Positions 1 to 11,000 of a stretch of DNA of 64,000 bases are shown here, one piece after another. Position numbers and translations under genes: made by a program. The DNA comes from Minisyncoccota bacterium. Its GTDB lineage: Bacteria; Patescibacteriota; Minisyncoccia; Phycocordibacterales; JAQTLZ01. The DNA is taken from the NCBI GenBank assembly GCA_028711065.1, contig JAQTSY010000003.1:65136-129135 (forward strand), read 5' to 3'. The stretch's first letter is position 1. Each line of letters opens with the position of its first letter. The notes beneath the pieces are model-generated. The model had not been told where the DNA came from, searched no databases, and saw only the letters and a list, made by a program, of their open reading frames with translations.

Positions 1-39
1 AATAAAAAAAGCGCATCCGTAAAGACACGCTTTGATATT

Positions 40-747
40 TTAATAATTGAGAAGCTCGAGAAATTTCTCTGGACAAGCAAAGTGGGTATTCGCATAACTT
101 TCCGCAATACCTCTGTCTGATTTCAGAGTACTTAGAGAATTCAGCGGAATTCTTCTCCCATCTATCTTCCCCACCACAGTTGATACACTGACAGAAGAAT
201 ATCCATTCACTCCTGACTTTGCCTTCATTTGTGGGACCTGCGCGAGCCACGCTGCTCCCAGCCATTTTGCTTTCGGGAATCTCCACGAATTTTCTTCGTG
301 AATTTTCACCAAAGTTGCCCCTGAACATATCACATCGTCGACCACTACCACAGTCTCAACATCCAAAACAAGAAAAACTTCCGGAAGTATGCGACCACTC
401 AAAGCAACCGGCTCTCTTCCTGGTACCCACATTCTCTTTGCAAAAACATCAGCCGAAGGAAATTGTCTCCACACAGCAGACATTTTCCGCGGATAATTCG
501 AGCCATTCCCGGGAAAAACAAAAAGAACTTTGCTGTGCGTGGCTACGATTCGCTCCAGATACTTTTCCAAATCTTTTGCCAAATCGACATCATCGAGAAA
601 GACGACTGGCTTTCCCTCTTTCGTCTCCAACCTTCCAATACCCGCCCGAACTTCGGCGGATAGGGGAACATCCGCGATGATGATTCTCCCGTCTGTGAGA
701 AATAGACGAGAGTACAAAAGATCGGGGTAGCTTGTAAGCTCGCCCAT
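40..747 (-). CDS. Phosphoribosyltransferase-domain protein (ComF-like, PRT domain only)
   Basis: PRTase signature VVVVDDVICSGATL in the 235-aa translation; AGGAGG SD 8 nt upstream of the ATG on the minus strand. Confidence 0.6.
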   Translation of the reverse strand: MGELTSYPDLLYSRLFLTDGRIIIADVPLSAEVRAGIGRLETKEGKPVVFLDDVDLAKDLEKYLERIVATHSKVLFVFPGNGSNYPRKMSAVWRQFPSADVFAKRMWVPGREPVALSGRILPEVFLVLDVETVVVVDDVICSGATLVKIHEENSWRFPKAKWLGAAWLAQVPQMKAKSGVNGYSSVSVSTVVGKIDGRRIPLNSLSTLKSDRGIAESYANTHFACPEKFLELLNY

Positions 748-796
748 TTTCGACTCCTCCTATTAAAATGAAAAGAACAATCTCCAAGGACAACAA

Positions 797-816
797 AACC
801 CCTTCCAGGGAGGGGC
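797..816 (-). terminator. Intrinsic terminator-like hairpin downstream of the LOG-family gene
   Basis: Minus-strand GC-rich stem CCCCTCC...GGAAGGGG followed by a T-tract. Confidence 0.4.
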
Positions 817-908
817 TGAGTGTGATTATTCTTTTCAACGAGAAACACCACCAACCCCTACTTACAAGGAATTGGTATGATGGGACGCATTTATAATCTG
901 ACTTCGTT

Positions 909-1469
909 TTATTTCTTTTTGCATAATTTTAAAACCATATCTACTGCGTTTTTTTCGTCCGAAGCACTTTCGATTTTTATTTTTCTCCTCTCATCCAAAT
1001 ATGCGCCCGCAAGCTTGTCTGCCCAGCCTCCGGTGCCTTTGAGGACGACGACTGGTTTATTATTTCTATAAGCAAGAGTAATCTCTTCAAGAGTTCCCGC
1101 TCCTCCACCAATACAGATAAATCCATCACACATATTTACAAGAAGCACTTCATCAAATCCGTCTGCCTCCATGCCACTTAAAACTTCGACATCAGTAAAG
1201 TCATTTGAGGTAAATCGTTTCTTCCCTTTGATAACACCGAGGGTGACGCCCCCAGCTTTTTTTGCACCTCGCGCTCCTGATTCCATAATTCCGCTCTTTC
1301 CCCCAGTTACAACAACCGCATTTCTTTTTGCAAGCAAAAAGCCGACCTTTTCGGCTTTTTTATAGATATTCTGGGGAGGTTTACTTTCCGTAGGATATTC
1401 CTCTTCCCCGGCGTAACCAATAACCCCTATTTGTATTCTTTTTTGCATATTTTTTAAATGAATAATCAA
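909..1469 (-). CDS. LOG-family (TIGR00725-like) Rossmann-fold nucleotide-binding protein
   Basis: GGGxGTLEE motif (CIGGGAGTLEEI) and overall LOG/YvdD-like architecture; an alternative start MQKRIQ lies at 1448. Confidence 0.7.
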   Translation of the reverse strand: MIIHLKNMQKRIQIGVIGYAGEEEYPTESKPPQNIYKKAEKVGFLLAKRNAVVVTGGKSGIMESGARGAKKAGGVTLGVIKGKKRFTSNDFTDVEVLSGMEADGFDEVLLVNMCDGFICIGGGAGTLEEITLAYRNNKPVVVLKGTGGWADKLAGAYLDERRKIKIESASDEKNAVDMVLKLCKKK

Positions 1470-1481
1470 CTAATGATAAAC

Positions 1482-1511
1482 AAAAAAACCTCTCGATAGA
1501 GAGGTTTTTTT
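1482..1511. terminator. Bidirectional intrinsic terminator
   Basis: A7-CCTCTC-GATA-GAGAGG-T7 perfect hairpin with flanking A and T tracts. Confidence 0.7.
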
Positions 1512-1633
1512 GTTTTAAATAAATAGATTTAAAAAGCCCCTTATCGAAGAAGTTCTGAAATTGAATGAATATGATGAATTTGGGACTTCTGTGTCATGAG
1601 TGCATTCTATACTAATCTGTTCAAATGTCAAAA

Positions 1634-2470
1634 TTACTTCACCAAGTAGAGCTCTTGGTTATACTCCCCCACTCCGAGATACTCGGCTTCGCCTTTTAGA
1701 ATTTTTTCGAATGGCTTGCAGGCAAAACATCCCGAGACGCCCTTTGGGCAGAGAAATTCTTTCTTCTCGCGGGCTTCTTTTACTTTTTTAGCTTTTTCTA
1801 ACACATCCACTCGAGCCTTTTCATAATCAGGCAATTTCACAGCGATTGGCGCGTCGTCCTTATCCAAATACCAATATGAGGCGCCGGTTACTTTTCTTTT
1901 TTGGAGATTTTTCAAAAGAAGTAAATAAATAGGAAGCTGGAGTGAATCTTCTTTCTCTTCATTTTTGCCAGTTTTGAAATCGAGAACACGGATACTGTCG
2001 TCCTCCGAGACGTATTCTATCCAATCTATTTTTCCACAGAGAATAATGTTATCAGACTCTGAAAGAAAAAAGTTCGGGAGCATTTCCCGCTCGGGCAATT
2101 TTATCGTCTTGTTTTTAAGAGGCCCTGGATTTTTTACTACTCGGTGAATCATTTGAAGCCCTCGCTCTTTTGCCTCTTTTTCATCTTCTGGATTCAAAAA
2201 TCCTCCCTTTTTTCCAGAAAATTTCTCCCAAGCTTTTTCAAATTCTTCCTCAAGATTTTGCTTGAATCTTTCTTCGACTTTAAAATCACCCAGCCCTTCC
2301 ACTACTTGATGCACTGCAGAACCGAGCGAGAGTGCGGGACTCACTATATTTATCTTCTTCCCCGTCTTTGGATTCTTATAGATATTTTTCAGATAATACG
2401 AACGCGGACATTTCAAAAAATCCCCGAGAGAGGAGTGGGATACCCAGACTGCTGAATATTTATCCTGCAC
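1634..2470 (-). CDS. PD-(D/E)XK nuclease, Cas4/RecB-like, with an Fe-S Cys cluster
   Basis: Motifs D (CGKIDWIE), D/ExK (VLDFKTGK) and QxxxY (QLPIY), plus one N-terminal Cys and C-terminal CPKGVSGCFACKP (3 Cys), typical of Cas4-like nucleases. Confidence 0.65.
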   Translation of the reverse strand: MQDKYSAVWVSHSSLGDFLKCPRSYYLKNIYKNPKTGKKINIVSPALSLGSAVHQVVEGLGDFKVEERFKQNLEEEFEKAWEKFSGKKGGFLNPEDEKEAKERGLQMIHRVVKNPGPLKNKTIKLPEREMLPNFFLSESDNIILCGKIDWIEYVSEDDSIRVLDFKTGKNEEKEDSLQLPIYLLLLKNLQKRKVTGASYWYLDKDDAPIAVKLPDYEKARVDVLEKAKKVKEAREKKEFLCPKGVSGCFACKPFEKILKGEAEYLGVGEYNQELYLVK

Positions 2471-2524
2471 GATAACAAGATTATATCAAAAGCAAGGCTC
2501 AATATCCCGTGATAGAATGTCACT

Positions 2525-3331
2525 ATGAAAAAGAAGGCTCTCGATATTCTTTTTATTGGTGCGAATCTCCTTATCGTCATACTTCTTTTCACAATTGTAG
2601 ACCACGCAATCCACGGACTTGAGGGCGCTTGGAGCGTGCCGGATTATTATTTCAAAGATAAGATTCCTTTCGGCTTTTTCTGGGCAATTGTTGGGTACTT
2701 TCTGGTCCGCAAATATGAGAATATTTGGCTCAAAGCCTTTCTTACTTCAGGGCTTATCGCGATCATTCTCCAGACTCGATATTTTTGGGAAGGATACCCG
2801 CTCGGATTTGTACTTATCTTTCTTTTCTTCCATTTCGTGATTCTTTTTGTGGTGTCTGTTATTATGTATGCATTACTAGGGAGAGTTTATAAGAATAACC
2901 AAACAATTTCTATGAAAACCTTTATCATCGTAATCATTGTGCTCGCGGTCATTGCCATTGGAGCATATTATCTTGTTTTTAATAACCAAAACACGGGCAC
3001 GAATACGTATGCACCTACCCCAACCGAAAGCATGGTTTCAGAAGCGACGCCGACTATGTCAGAAATTCCAGCGCCAAGCAGTGTCTCAGTAAACATTGCG
3101 AATTTTGCGTATAGTCCGGCAACAATCACCGTAAAAGCAGGGACAAAAGTAACTTGGACAAATAGTGACTCTGCTCCGCACACAATCACTTCTGATTCTG
3201 GCAGTGTCCTTAATTCTCCAAGACTTGCACAAGGAGATCTCTGGAGCTTTACCTTTACAACCCCAGGAACGTACGCTTATCATTGTGCAGTTCATCCAAT
3301 GATGAAGGCGACGGTTGTGGTGACTCAATAA
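2525..3331 (+). CDS. Membrane-anchored cupredoxin (blue-copper, plastocyanin/azurin-like) protein
   Basis: Several N-terminal TM helices; C-terminal type-1 copper ligand pattern H...C..H..M (AYHCAVHPMMKATVVV). Confidence 0.7.
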   Translation: MKKKALDILFIGANLLIVILLFTIVDHAIHGLEGAWSVPDYYFKDKIPFGFFWAIVGYFLVRKYENIWLKAFLTSGLIAIILQTRYFWEGYPLGFVLIFLFFHFVILFVVSVIMYALLGRVYKNNQTISMKTFIIVIIVLAVIAIGAYYLVFNNQNTGTNTYAPTPTESMVSEATPTMSEIPAPSSVSVNIANFAYSPATITVKAGTKVTWTNSDSAPHTITSDSGSVLNSPRLAQGDLWSFTFTTPGTYAYHCAVHPMMKATVVVTQ

Positions 3332-3383
3332 AAATTTTCCTCTTAACCCCTTGCATTTGCATTATTAAGAAAGGGGGTTCAAA

Positions 3384-3411
3384 AATCGTCGGCTTGTCCG
3401 ACGATTTTTTA
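3384..3411 (+). terminator. Intrinsic terminator after the cupredoxin gene
   Basis: AATCGTCGG-CTTGT-CCGACGATT hairpin followed by T6. Confidence 0.7.
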
Positions 3412-3557
3412 TTTCGTAACATGAGTTAAGTGAGAGCTTGTAGAAAAAATAGGCTCCTATATGATTATTGCAGACGTACTTTACACACAGCGCTCTCCTT
3501 GTGGATTGCGTAATTTTCACTCGTTGGCCGGGGACGACCCCGAAAGGAGCTACACCG

Positions 3558-4940
3558 ATGTCGAACACGAATACAACAGTCCCCGGAAACGGTGCGACGG
3601 CGGAGAATGAACAATACGAAGTTGTCTCGAACAATGTTGTCTTGCCACTTGCGCACGTGAAAATGTTCGAGGGACAGCCCCGGCAGTATTTCGATCAGCC
3701 GGCACTCCGGGATCTCGCGGCTAGTATACAGGCGAGAGGACAGCAGAACCCGATCAAAGTCATGAAACTTGCGAAGCCAATTGGTCTTATCACCTACGAA
3801 GCAGTGGACGGCCAACGCAGATACATGGCGCACGAGCTGTTGAAGAGACTCACGCTGGTAGCAACCATCGTGAAAGTAAAGGATAGGAAAGATCAGTTCA
3901 TCCAATCCTGCATGGCGAACTTTGGTCAGTATCCTCACACCGTGCTCGAAAAGATTCTCGCGGTCAAACGCCTGCGAGAAGAGTGTGATCAAAAACCGAG
4001 TGAAATCGCCACAGTCTTTGTCTGCAACGTGACGTACATCTACGAAATGATGCGGGCGGGCGAGCTGGATGCTCCGATTCTCGATCGTCTGGACCCCAAG
4101 AGGCCGGAAGAGGAAAGGCTGACCTTCCCTGTCGCAGTCCTGCTCGGAGCACTGCCACGTGACATGCAACATGAGATCCTCCCGAAAGTGACGGGCAGGA
4201 TTCCAGTCTACAAGGCTCGCGACATTATTCACACGGCGGCGAAAGCCAAGGGAATAGAGCTCGGAAGGGGGCAAAATGCCAGAACGCCGAAAAATGACTG
4301 GCGCATGGTCGTCTCCTTTGCAAAGCGTACGTCGGAACAGGCCGGCATCTTCGCAGGAAAGAACAATGAGTACTTCGATATGATGTGCGCCACGCGTACG
4401 AAGCGCGAGGTGGAAGCTTTGCTCGCAGAAATTGAACAGGGCATCCAAAAACTTCAGAGCTTGAAAGCATTACTGAAGAAGAGGGCGACGGATAACAAGA
4501 CTGTCGGAGGGGCGTCAAACAACGCCTGGCTCTTGGAAAAAAAGAACAAAGCGGAGTTGAGAGAGAACACGCTTCCCCCGCCAAAAGTTGTGCCTGTCGT
4601 GAAGCCTCCGGCTCCACCGGGAACGGCGAAAGTCGAAACGAAGGTCGTGCAAAGACCGCCACAGAAAGAGGCGATGCGACCGGCAGTCGTTCCCGTTAAT
4701 GTAGAGAGCCCGTCGAAAGCGGGACGAAGGCATCTCACCCACAAGCAAAGGATTGAGCTGGAACGGCAAGGCGGATTCTTGAAAAAGAAGGGTCCTCAGG
4801 AATTCCGCGTACCGGTTGACGTAAAACCTCAACCCCCTCCGCAACCGCCAGCTCCAAAAGGCCCTACGCCAACAGAGTTGAGGGATCGGAAGCGAGGCTA
4901 CAGTGCCGGGACAAAGATACCGCCGATGCCAGTGGACTGA
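3558..4940 (+). CDS. ParB/Srx-fold (ParB N-terminal domain) protein with a proline-rich basic C-terminal tail
   Basis: ParB box region IQARGQQNPIKV...YEAVDGQRRYMAHELL; GGAG SD before the ATG at 3558 (the ORF extends to 3468 in frame); about 55% GC against a ~45% background; PPPKVVPVVKPPAPPG / PQPPPQPPAPKGP low-complexity tail. Confidence 0.6.
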   Translation: MSNTNTTVPGNGATAENEQYEVVSNNVVLPLAHVKMFEGQPRQYFDQPALRDLAASIQARGQQNPIKVMKLAKPIGLITYEAVDGQRRYMAHELLKRLTLVATIVKVKDRKDQFIQSCMANFGQYPHTVLEKILAVKRLREECDQKPSEIATVFVCNVTYIYEMMRAGELDAPILDRLDPKRPEEERLTFPVAVLLGALPRDMQHEILPKVTGRIPVYKARDIIHTAAKAKGIELGRGQNARTPKNDWRMVVSFAKRTSEQAGIFAGKNNEYFDMMCATRTKREVEALLAEIEQGIQKLQSLKALLKKRATDNKTVGGASNNAWLLEKKNKAELRENTLPPPKVVPVVKPPAPPGTAKVETKVVQRPPQKEAMRPAVVPVNVESPSKAGRRHLTHKQRIELERQGGFLKKKGPQEFRVPVDVKPQPPPQPPAPKGPTPTELRDRKRGYSAGTKIPPMPVD

Positions 4941-4976
4941 GCATTCACAGAACTGTGAACAATTAAAATGTAAGAA

Positions 4977-5010
4977 ACGACCGCTGGAATCTCAGCGGTC
5001 GCGTTTTTTT
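4977..5010. terminator. Bidirectional terminator shared by the ParB-like gene and rpoD
   Basis: CGACCGCTG-GAATCTC-CAGCGGTCG hairpin plus T7; it overlaps the rpoD stop codon. Confidence 0.65.
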
Positions 5011-6274
5011 AATAATTTTTCAGTCTATTCACTTTGTCATGCGAGCGGATTTTTTCATGCGCTTTCGCCTCGATCTGTCGGATACGTTCTCGAGTTACGC
5101 CGAATTTTTGTCCCACTTCTTCAAGAGTATGAGTGATGCCGTCTATGAGCCCATGGCGCATTTCGAGGATCATTCGCTCTTTTGGAGGCAAGTCATTCAA
5201 AATTTCTTTTACTTGGTCGGCAATGATTCGGCGAGATGATTCTTGATCTGGAGAGAGAATCTTGTCATCTGAAATAAAATCTCCGAGCGTTGATTTATCA
5301 TCTCCTTCATCTCCAACAGGACTTTCAAGCGATACAGTATTCTGATCAATCTTTTCGATATTATAAACTTTGTCTACATCGAGTCCCATCTCCACTGCAA
5401 TTTCTTCTGGAAGCGGGTCTCGCCCCAAATCCTGGGAGAGTCGTCGGACAACCTGCTTGTATTTTGCGATGGTTTCCACCATATGCACCGGCACACGAAT
5501 GGTTCGTGACTGATCTGCGAGGGCTCGAGTAATGGCCTGGCGAATCCACCACGTAGCGTAAGTAGAGAATTTGTAGCCTTTCGTCCAATCAAATTTATCA
5601 ACAGCTTTAAACAATCCCAAATTTCCTTCCTGAATAAGATCCAAAATAGTAAGGTCAGGTGAACGTCCGACATACTTTTTAGCGATTGAAACAACGAGAC
5701 GCAAGTTCGCTCGTGCCAAAAGATTTTTCGCTTCTGTGTCCCCTTTTTCAATTCGTCTTGCAAGCTCTTTCTCCATAGCCGCGGGAATCAGCGGATACTG
5801 ACCAATCTCTTTCAAATACATCTGGATTGAGTCGTACGAAGAATCGCTTTTTCCTCCGTAGGTATATTTCTTTTTGGTGATATCCGCCTCTTCCGCTTCA
5901 TCCATATCCAAAAGTCCCCCGCTGTCGAGGATGTCAATACCACTCGTGTGAATTTTTTCGTACAGAGAATCGAGAAATCCGATATCATCTTCGATCGTCG
6001 GAAACTCTTTCAAAATTTCATCGTAGGTCACAAAGCCTCGTTCTTTTCCTTTTTTAAAAAGAATATCCGCCTTTCGATTGAGCTCGATCTCTTTCTTGTT
6101 GAGTTTGCCTGATCTCTGAATAAGCGGACTGACTTTTTCCACTTTTACCTTCTTCTCTTTTCCCGGAGCAAGCTTTTTCTTGGAGCTCTTTATCCGAGCC
6201 AGCTTGGCCTTTTTGAAGGCTTTCGCGGAAACTTTCTTCTTAGAAACTTTGGTTTTCTTGTGTTTTTTAGGCAT
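5009..6274 (-). CDS. rpoD: RNA polymerase sigma-70 factor RpoD with a Lys-rich N-terminal extension
   Basis: Regions 2-4 conserved ([31 protein letters not shown]); N-terminus [22 protein letters not shown]... Confidence 0.9.
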   Translation of the reverse strand: MPKKHKKTKVSKKKVSAKAFKKAKLARIKSSKKKLAPGKEKKVKVEKVSPLIQRSGKLNKKEIELNRKADILFKKGKERGFVTYDEILKEFPTIEDDIGFLDSLYEKIHTSGIDILDSGGLLDMDEAEEADITKKKYTYGGKSDSSYDSIQMYLKEIGQYPLIPAAMEKELARRIEKGDTEAKNLLARANLRLVVSIAKKYVGRSPDLTILDLIQEGNLGLFKAVDKFDWTKGYKFSTYATWWIRQAITRALADQSRTIRVPVHMVETIAKYKQVVRRLSQDLGRDPLPEEIAVEMGLDVDKVYNIEKIDQNTVSLESPVGDEGDDKSTLGDFISDDKILSPDQESSRRIIADQVKEILNDLPPKERMILEMRHGLIDGITHTLEEVGQKFGVTRERIRQIEAKAHEKIRSHDKVNRLKNY

Positions 6275-6313
6275 TAAATATTTAGAGATTATACATTAAA
6301 ATCCAGGTTTATT

Positions 6314-8050
6314 CTAGCTCTGAAAAGCTTTACGGAGTTTGGTCAATTCTTCCCCAATATCTTTGCATTTCTTCAAAAGTTCCTCCGCTTTTGAACCTGA
6401 TTTATCCCTTTCCGCTTGCACCAGCTCGTTCATCGTTTTGGCGAATTCTGCTTTCAGATAATCTTCTTTCAAATTGAAAATAAGCTCTTTCAAATCCTTT
6501 TCCAAGTTCGACGCTCCGGAAAAGAACGTTTCTGCTTCAAAAATGACCCTGTTTTTCTCTTCTTTTGATTCTTCAAAACGCATCAACTCATCTTTTCCAG
6601 CAATTTTCTCGAATTCTTTTCTGACTTTGACGGTGTCTATGAGTGACTTCGGCAAACCTTCCTGCCAAAGAATGAGCCCGACGAGCTTCTCTTCGATTTT
6701 ATTCTTGCGCTGGCTCTCTTCTTTTTTCTTTTCAGTTTTTATTTCAAGCGCGTTTTCTTCTTTGATGCTTTCAGTTTTTTTCAAATCTTCCCATATAGCG
6801 TCCTCGGGAATATTGGTTGCTTCGGAAATTTTTCTCACAAAATGCGACTGTTCAATCCTGCTTTCAAGCGAGATGACGTAAGGCAAAACTTTTTTACGAA
6901 TTTCTTTGCCAAGCTGACGTTCATCTTTCTCATCTTTCACGACCTTATGAAGCAAAAAATCAATGATATGAATCGCTTCTCCAACGGCCACTTTCCAATC
7001 TTCCGGATTTGAAAGAATGAGATCTGCCGGGTCCTTCCCTCCTTTTATCTCAACCATCTTCACTTCCATTCCAAGCGAGAGCGCGACACGGGCGCTTTTT
7101 TCTGCTGCGTTAAATCCAGCGCTATCGGCGTCAAATGCGAGCACTACTTTTTTCGACAATCGGCCAAGCATTGAGAGATGTTGCACTGTGAGGGCTGTGC
7201 CAGAAACTGCGACGGTATTTGTAAGGCCCGCTTGCTGTGACATAAGCAGATCCATCTGGCCTTCCACAAGAATAGAAAAATCCTGTTTTTTGATCTCCCA
7301 CTTCGCGATGTGGTAGCCGTAGAGAACTTCGGATTTGTTGAAAAGCGGAGTGTCGGGACTGTTTAAATATTTTGCCGATTTTTCATCATCTACCAGAATT
7401 CTGCCCGAAAATGCGATGACTCTGCCGGATGAATCGAAAATTGGAAACATTACCCTGCCACGGAACCTGTCGTAAAGACGCGGAGCGCTTTTATCCTCTC
7501 CGACAGCTTCGGCTTTTTTTACAAGTCCTGCTTTTTCCATTATCGACTCGCTGTAACCTTTGTTTTTAAGGTGCGTAAGAAGCACTCTCCAATCGAGAGG
7601 CGCGAATCCAATTTGCCAATCTCGAACCGTTTCGATTTTAAGCCCGCGCTTTTTTAGATACAGGAGCGCTTCTTTGTTTTTCGCCAAATTTTCTTGGAAA
7701 AAACGTGCCGATTCTTTCATGACAGCATACAATTCATCCCGCTCGCTTTTTTCTTTTGGATTCTCTGCGACAAGGGGAACTCCTGCTCTCTGGGCCAAAA
7801 CCCGAAGTGCACCCATAAAATCCAATCCTTCGAATTCCTCGACAAACGTGAAGATGTCGCCTTTCGCTCCGCAGCCGAAACAGTAGTAGGAATTACGCGC
7901 GACAGACACGAAGAAAGAAGGCGTCTTTTCATTGTGAAAAGGACACCTTGCTTTCATATTAGCCCCAGCTTTTTCCAGCTTGAGATAGGAGCCAATAACA
8001 TCGGCAATCCCGAGCCGTTCTTTTATTTTTTCTACAGTGCCAGAAGACAT
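6314..8050 (-). CDS. dnaG: DNA primase DnaG
   Basis: Zinc-ribbon CPFHNEKTPSF...CFGCGAKGD, a TOPRIM region and a C-terminal helical domain; directly upstream of rpoD. Confidence 0.9.
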   Translation of the reverse strand: MSSGTVEKIKERLGIADVIGSYLKLEKAGANMKARCPFHNEKTPSFFVSVARNSYYCFGCGAKGDIFTFVEEFEGLDFMGALRVLAQRAGVPLVAENPKEKSERDELYAVMKESARFFQENLAKNKEALLYLKKRGLKIETVRDWQIGFAPLDWRVLLTHLKNKGYSESIMEKAGLVKKAEAVGEDKSAPRLYDRFRGRVMFPIFDSSGRVIAFSGRILVDDEKSAKYLNSPDTPLFNKSEVLYGYHIAKWEIKKQDFSILVEGQMDLLMSQQAGLTNTVAVSGTALTVQHLSMLGRLSKKVVLAFDADSAGFNAAEKSARVALSLGMEVKMVEIKGGKDPADLILSNPEDWKVAVGEAIHIIDFLLHKVVKDEKDERQLGKEIRKKVLPYVISLESRIEQSHFVRKISEATNIPEDAIWEDLKKTESIKEENALEIKTEKKKEESQRKNKIEEKLVGLILWQEGLPKSLIDTVKVRKEFEKIAGKDELMRFEESKEEKNRVIFEAETFFSGASNLEKDLKELIFNLKEDYLKAEFAKTMNELVQAERDKSGSKAEELLKKCKDIGEELTKLRKAFQS

Positions 8051-8086
8051 CGATAAGGGTTAGAGATTAAATCCACCCTGTTAATC

Positions 8087-11000
8087 TTACTCTTCGGATG
8101 ATTCGTTTTCCACCACTCCGGTTTTCTCCACAAGTTTCCACTTCGGACCCCCTTTGAAACCGGTACCTGCCGGGATGAGCCGCCCGATAATAATGTTTTC
8201 CTTAAGACCTCGAAGCGTATCTGAAGTGCCTCGAATGGCATTATTGATGAGTACTCGAGTGGTGTGCTGGAATGAAGCAGCCGACAAGAAACTTTTTCGT
8301 GAAAGCGAAACTTCAGAAATGCCCATAACAATCTGTTCTGCCTCCGCCGGAGTTCCTCCTTTTTCTTTCATCCTGATATTTTCTGCAAGAAGATGGGTGT
8401 TTTCGATGACGTCTCCGGCAGAAAATGCCGAATCTCCGGCGTCAGTGACTTTTCTTCGAGAAAACATCTGGCGAACGATAACTTCAATATGCTTTCGGGA
8501 AACCGTCTCTCCCTGAAGCTCGTAGATTTTATTGACCTCGCTGATGATATACATTTCCGCTTTTTCTTTGCCTCCATATTTGAAAATCTCATCAATATCT
8601 GCGGAACCATCAGTCAAAAAGTCTCCTTTCTTTACTTTGTCTCCCACCTTCACAAGGGCGACTCGTTTATAGTTTGCGCTGTATTCAATTTCAGCCTCCG
8701 GCTTTTTCTTTGTCGGCTTAACTCGGTCTTCCATATCAGGAAGGACGGTGATGACCTTTTCCTTTCCAAGATCCTTGACCGATGTGACAACGCCTCCGAC
8801 TTCAGAAATAACGGCAGGATTTTTCGGCTTTCGCTTCTCGAAGATTTCCTCGACTCGAGGCAAACCTTGAGTAATATCTCCGCCAACCGATGCGGTGCCT
8901 CCGGCGTGGAACGTACGCATCGTGAGCTGTGTTCCAGGCTCTCCGATAGCTTGCGCGGCGACGGTTCCCACCGCCTCCCCAAGACCGATAAGCTCATTTC
9001 GTCCCAGATCGAATCCGTAACACTGGATACAAACTCCTTGAGCGGATTTACAGGTGAGCGGAGAACGAACAGATACTTCCACGGCGTCCGAAGCTTCAAT
9101 CTTCTTCACATCTTCCTTCGTCATAAGATGCCCCTTCTTAAAGAGCGTTTTGCCTTTTGAATCGCTGACTTCTGCCGCAGTTACACGTCCTTTCAAGTTT
9201 TTTCCGAAGTTTGGATCAATAGAATTGCCGTGCATTCGAGAAATTTTCACGTGATCTTTCGTACCGCAATCCTCTTCCTGAATAATCGCATCCTGCGCAA
9301 CATCGAAGAGTCGTCTCGTGAGGTATCCGGCTTTCGCGGTGTTGAGAGCGGTGTCAGTCAAACCTTTTCGAGAACCGTGAGTAGTAATGAAGTACTCGAT
9401 GGGGGTAAGGCCATTCTTCGAAGAAGAAAGAATTGGGAATTCGATTGTCTCTCCGGCAGTATTGGTGATAAGACCTTTCATACCAGCCATTTGCGTGATC
9501 TGCGAGAATGAACCTCGAGCACCGGAGTTAATCATATCGTAGACAGAACCGTTTTTCACAAGCGTGTCTGGCATAAGCTTTTCAACTTCGTTTTTCGCTT
9601 TGTGCCAAATCTCCACGTTTTTTCGAAGTCGCTCTTCTGCTGAAAGAAGACCTTCATTAAATTGTTCTTGGACTGTTTCCGCTTGCGCTTTTGCCTCATT
9701 AATCACTTTCATTTTATCTTTCGGCTCCTGAATATCATCGATTCCCCACGTCGTTCCGGAGAGCGTCGCGTGTTTGAATCCGAATGCTTTTATCTTATCC
9801 ACAATATCGGCAACGTTATAAATTCCATATCTGTCGATGAGATCATCAACAAGCACGGACATTTTCTTTCGAGTCATTTCCTCATTTACGTACGGATAAT
9901 CTTTCGGAAGAACGGAGTTGAAGAGAAGCCGGCCCACGGAGGTATCGAATATCTTTCCTTCAAATTTCGCATAACGAATATCTTCTGTCGGAAGCACCTT
10001 AATGAGTGCTCGGTATGATACTTCTCCGAAATCGTAAGTCGTGATAGCGGTGTTTGGTCGAGAGAAATATTTTCCTTCGCCTTTTTCGCCCGGAATAATG
10101 GTGGTCATCCAGTAACAGCCGAGCACAATGTCGAGCTTGTCCACTGAAATCACAATGTTTCCTGATCCAGGTTTCAAGATGTTCTTGTCAGACGCCATGA
10201 TTTCCTTCGCTTCAATCTGCGCTTCGCGAGAAAGCGGAACGTGGACGGCCATCTGGTCTCCGTCGAAGTCTGCGTTGAAAGCAGTACAGACAAGCGGGTG
10301 AACTTGAATAGCATTTCCTTCGATAAGAATCGGTTTGAAAGCCTGAATACCAAGTCGGTGCAGAGTCGGTGCGCGGTTCAAGAGAACATATTTGTTAGAA
10401 ATCACTTCTTCGAGGATTGCCCACACTTCCGCAATTCCGTCATCAATAAGTCGTCCTGCTCCACGGATGTTGTATGCAAGTTCCCTCTCCAAAAGCTTTG
10501 AAACAACGAATGGTCGGAAAAGTTCAAGCGCCATGTGCTTTGGAAGTCCGCATTGATTGAGTTTGAGTTCTGGTCCAACGACGATCACAGAACGTCCAGA
10601 ATAGTCTACTCGTTTTCCAAGAAGATTTTGTCTGAAAAGTCCCCGCTTTCCTTTCAGGTTATCTGAAAGCGATTTGAGTGCTCGTCTTTGTGATTGGGTA
10701 AGCGCAGCTGAAGAACCTCCTCCATGTCGGATAGAATTATCAACGAGTGCATCCACTGCCTCTTGGAGAATTCTTTTCTCGTTTCGCAAGATTACATCCG
10801 GAGCAAAAATCTCTTTGAGTTTTTTGAGACGATTATTTCGGTTGATAACGCGTCGGTAAAGATCGTTTACGTCAGATGTGGCATATCGTCCTCCATCCAA
10901 TGGGACCATCGGTCGAAGCGCAGGAGGAATAACTGGAATAGAAGTGAGGAACATCCATTCTGGACGAATCTCAGTATTGATCATCGATTTCACGAGCGAG

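Noticed and set aside
805-835. GGGGCTGAGTGTGATT resembling a tmRNA 5' end
   Set aside because: The remaining tmRNA features (tag-peptide ORF, 3' tRNA-like domain ending CCA) are absent; the GC stem is better explained as a terminator hairpin for the LOG gene.
3465-4448. 327-aa minus-strand ORF opposite the ParB-like gene
   Set aside because: The plus-strand frame carries the recognisable ParB/Srx domain and an SD; the minus-strand ORF is a GC-rich antisense artefact.
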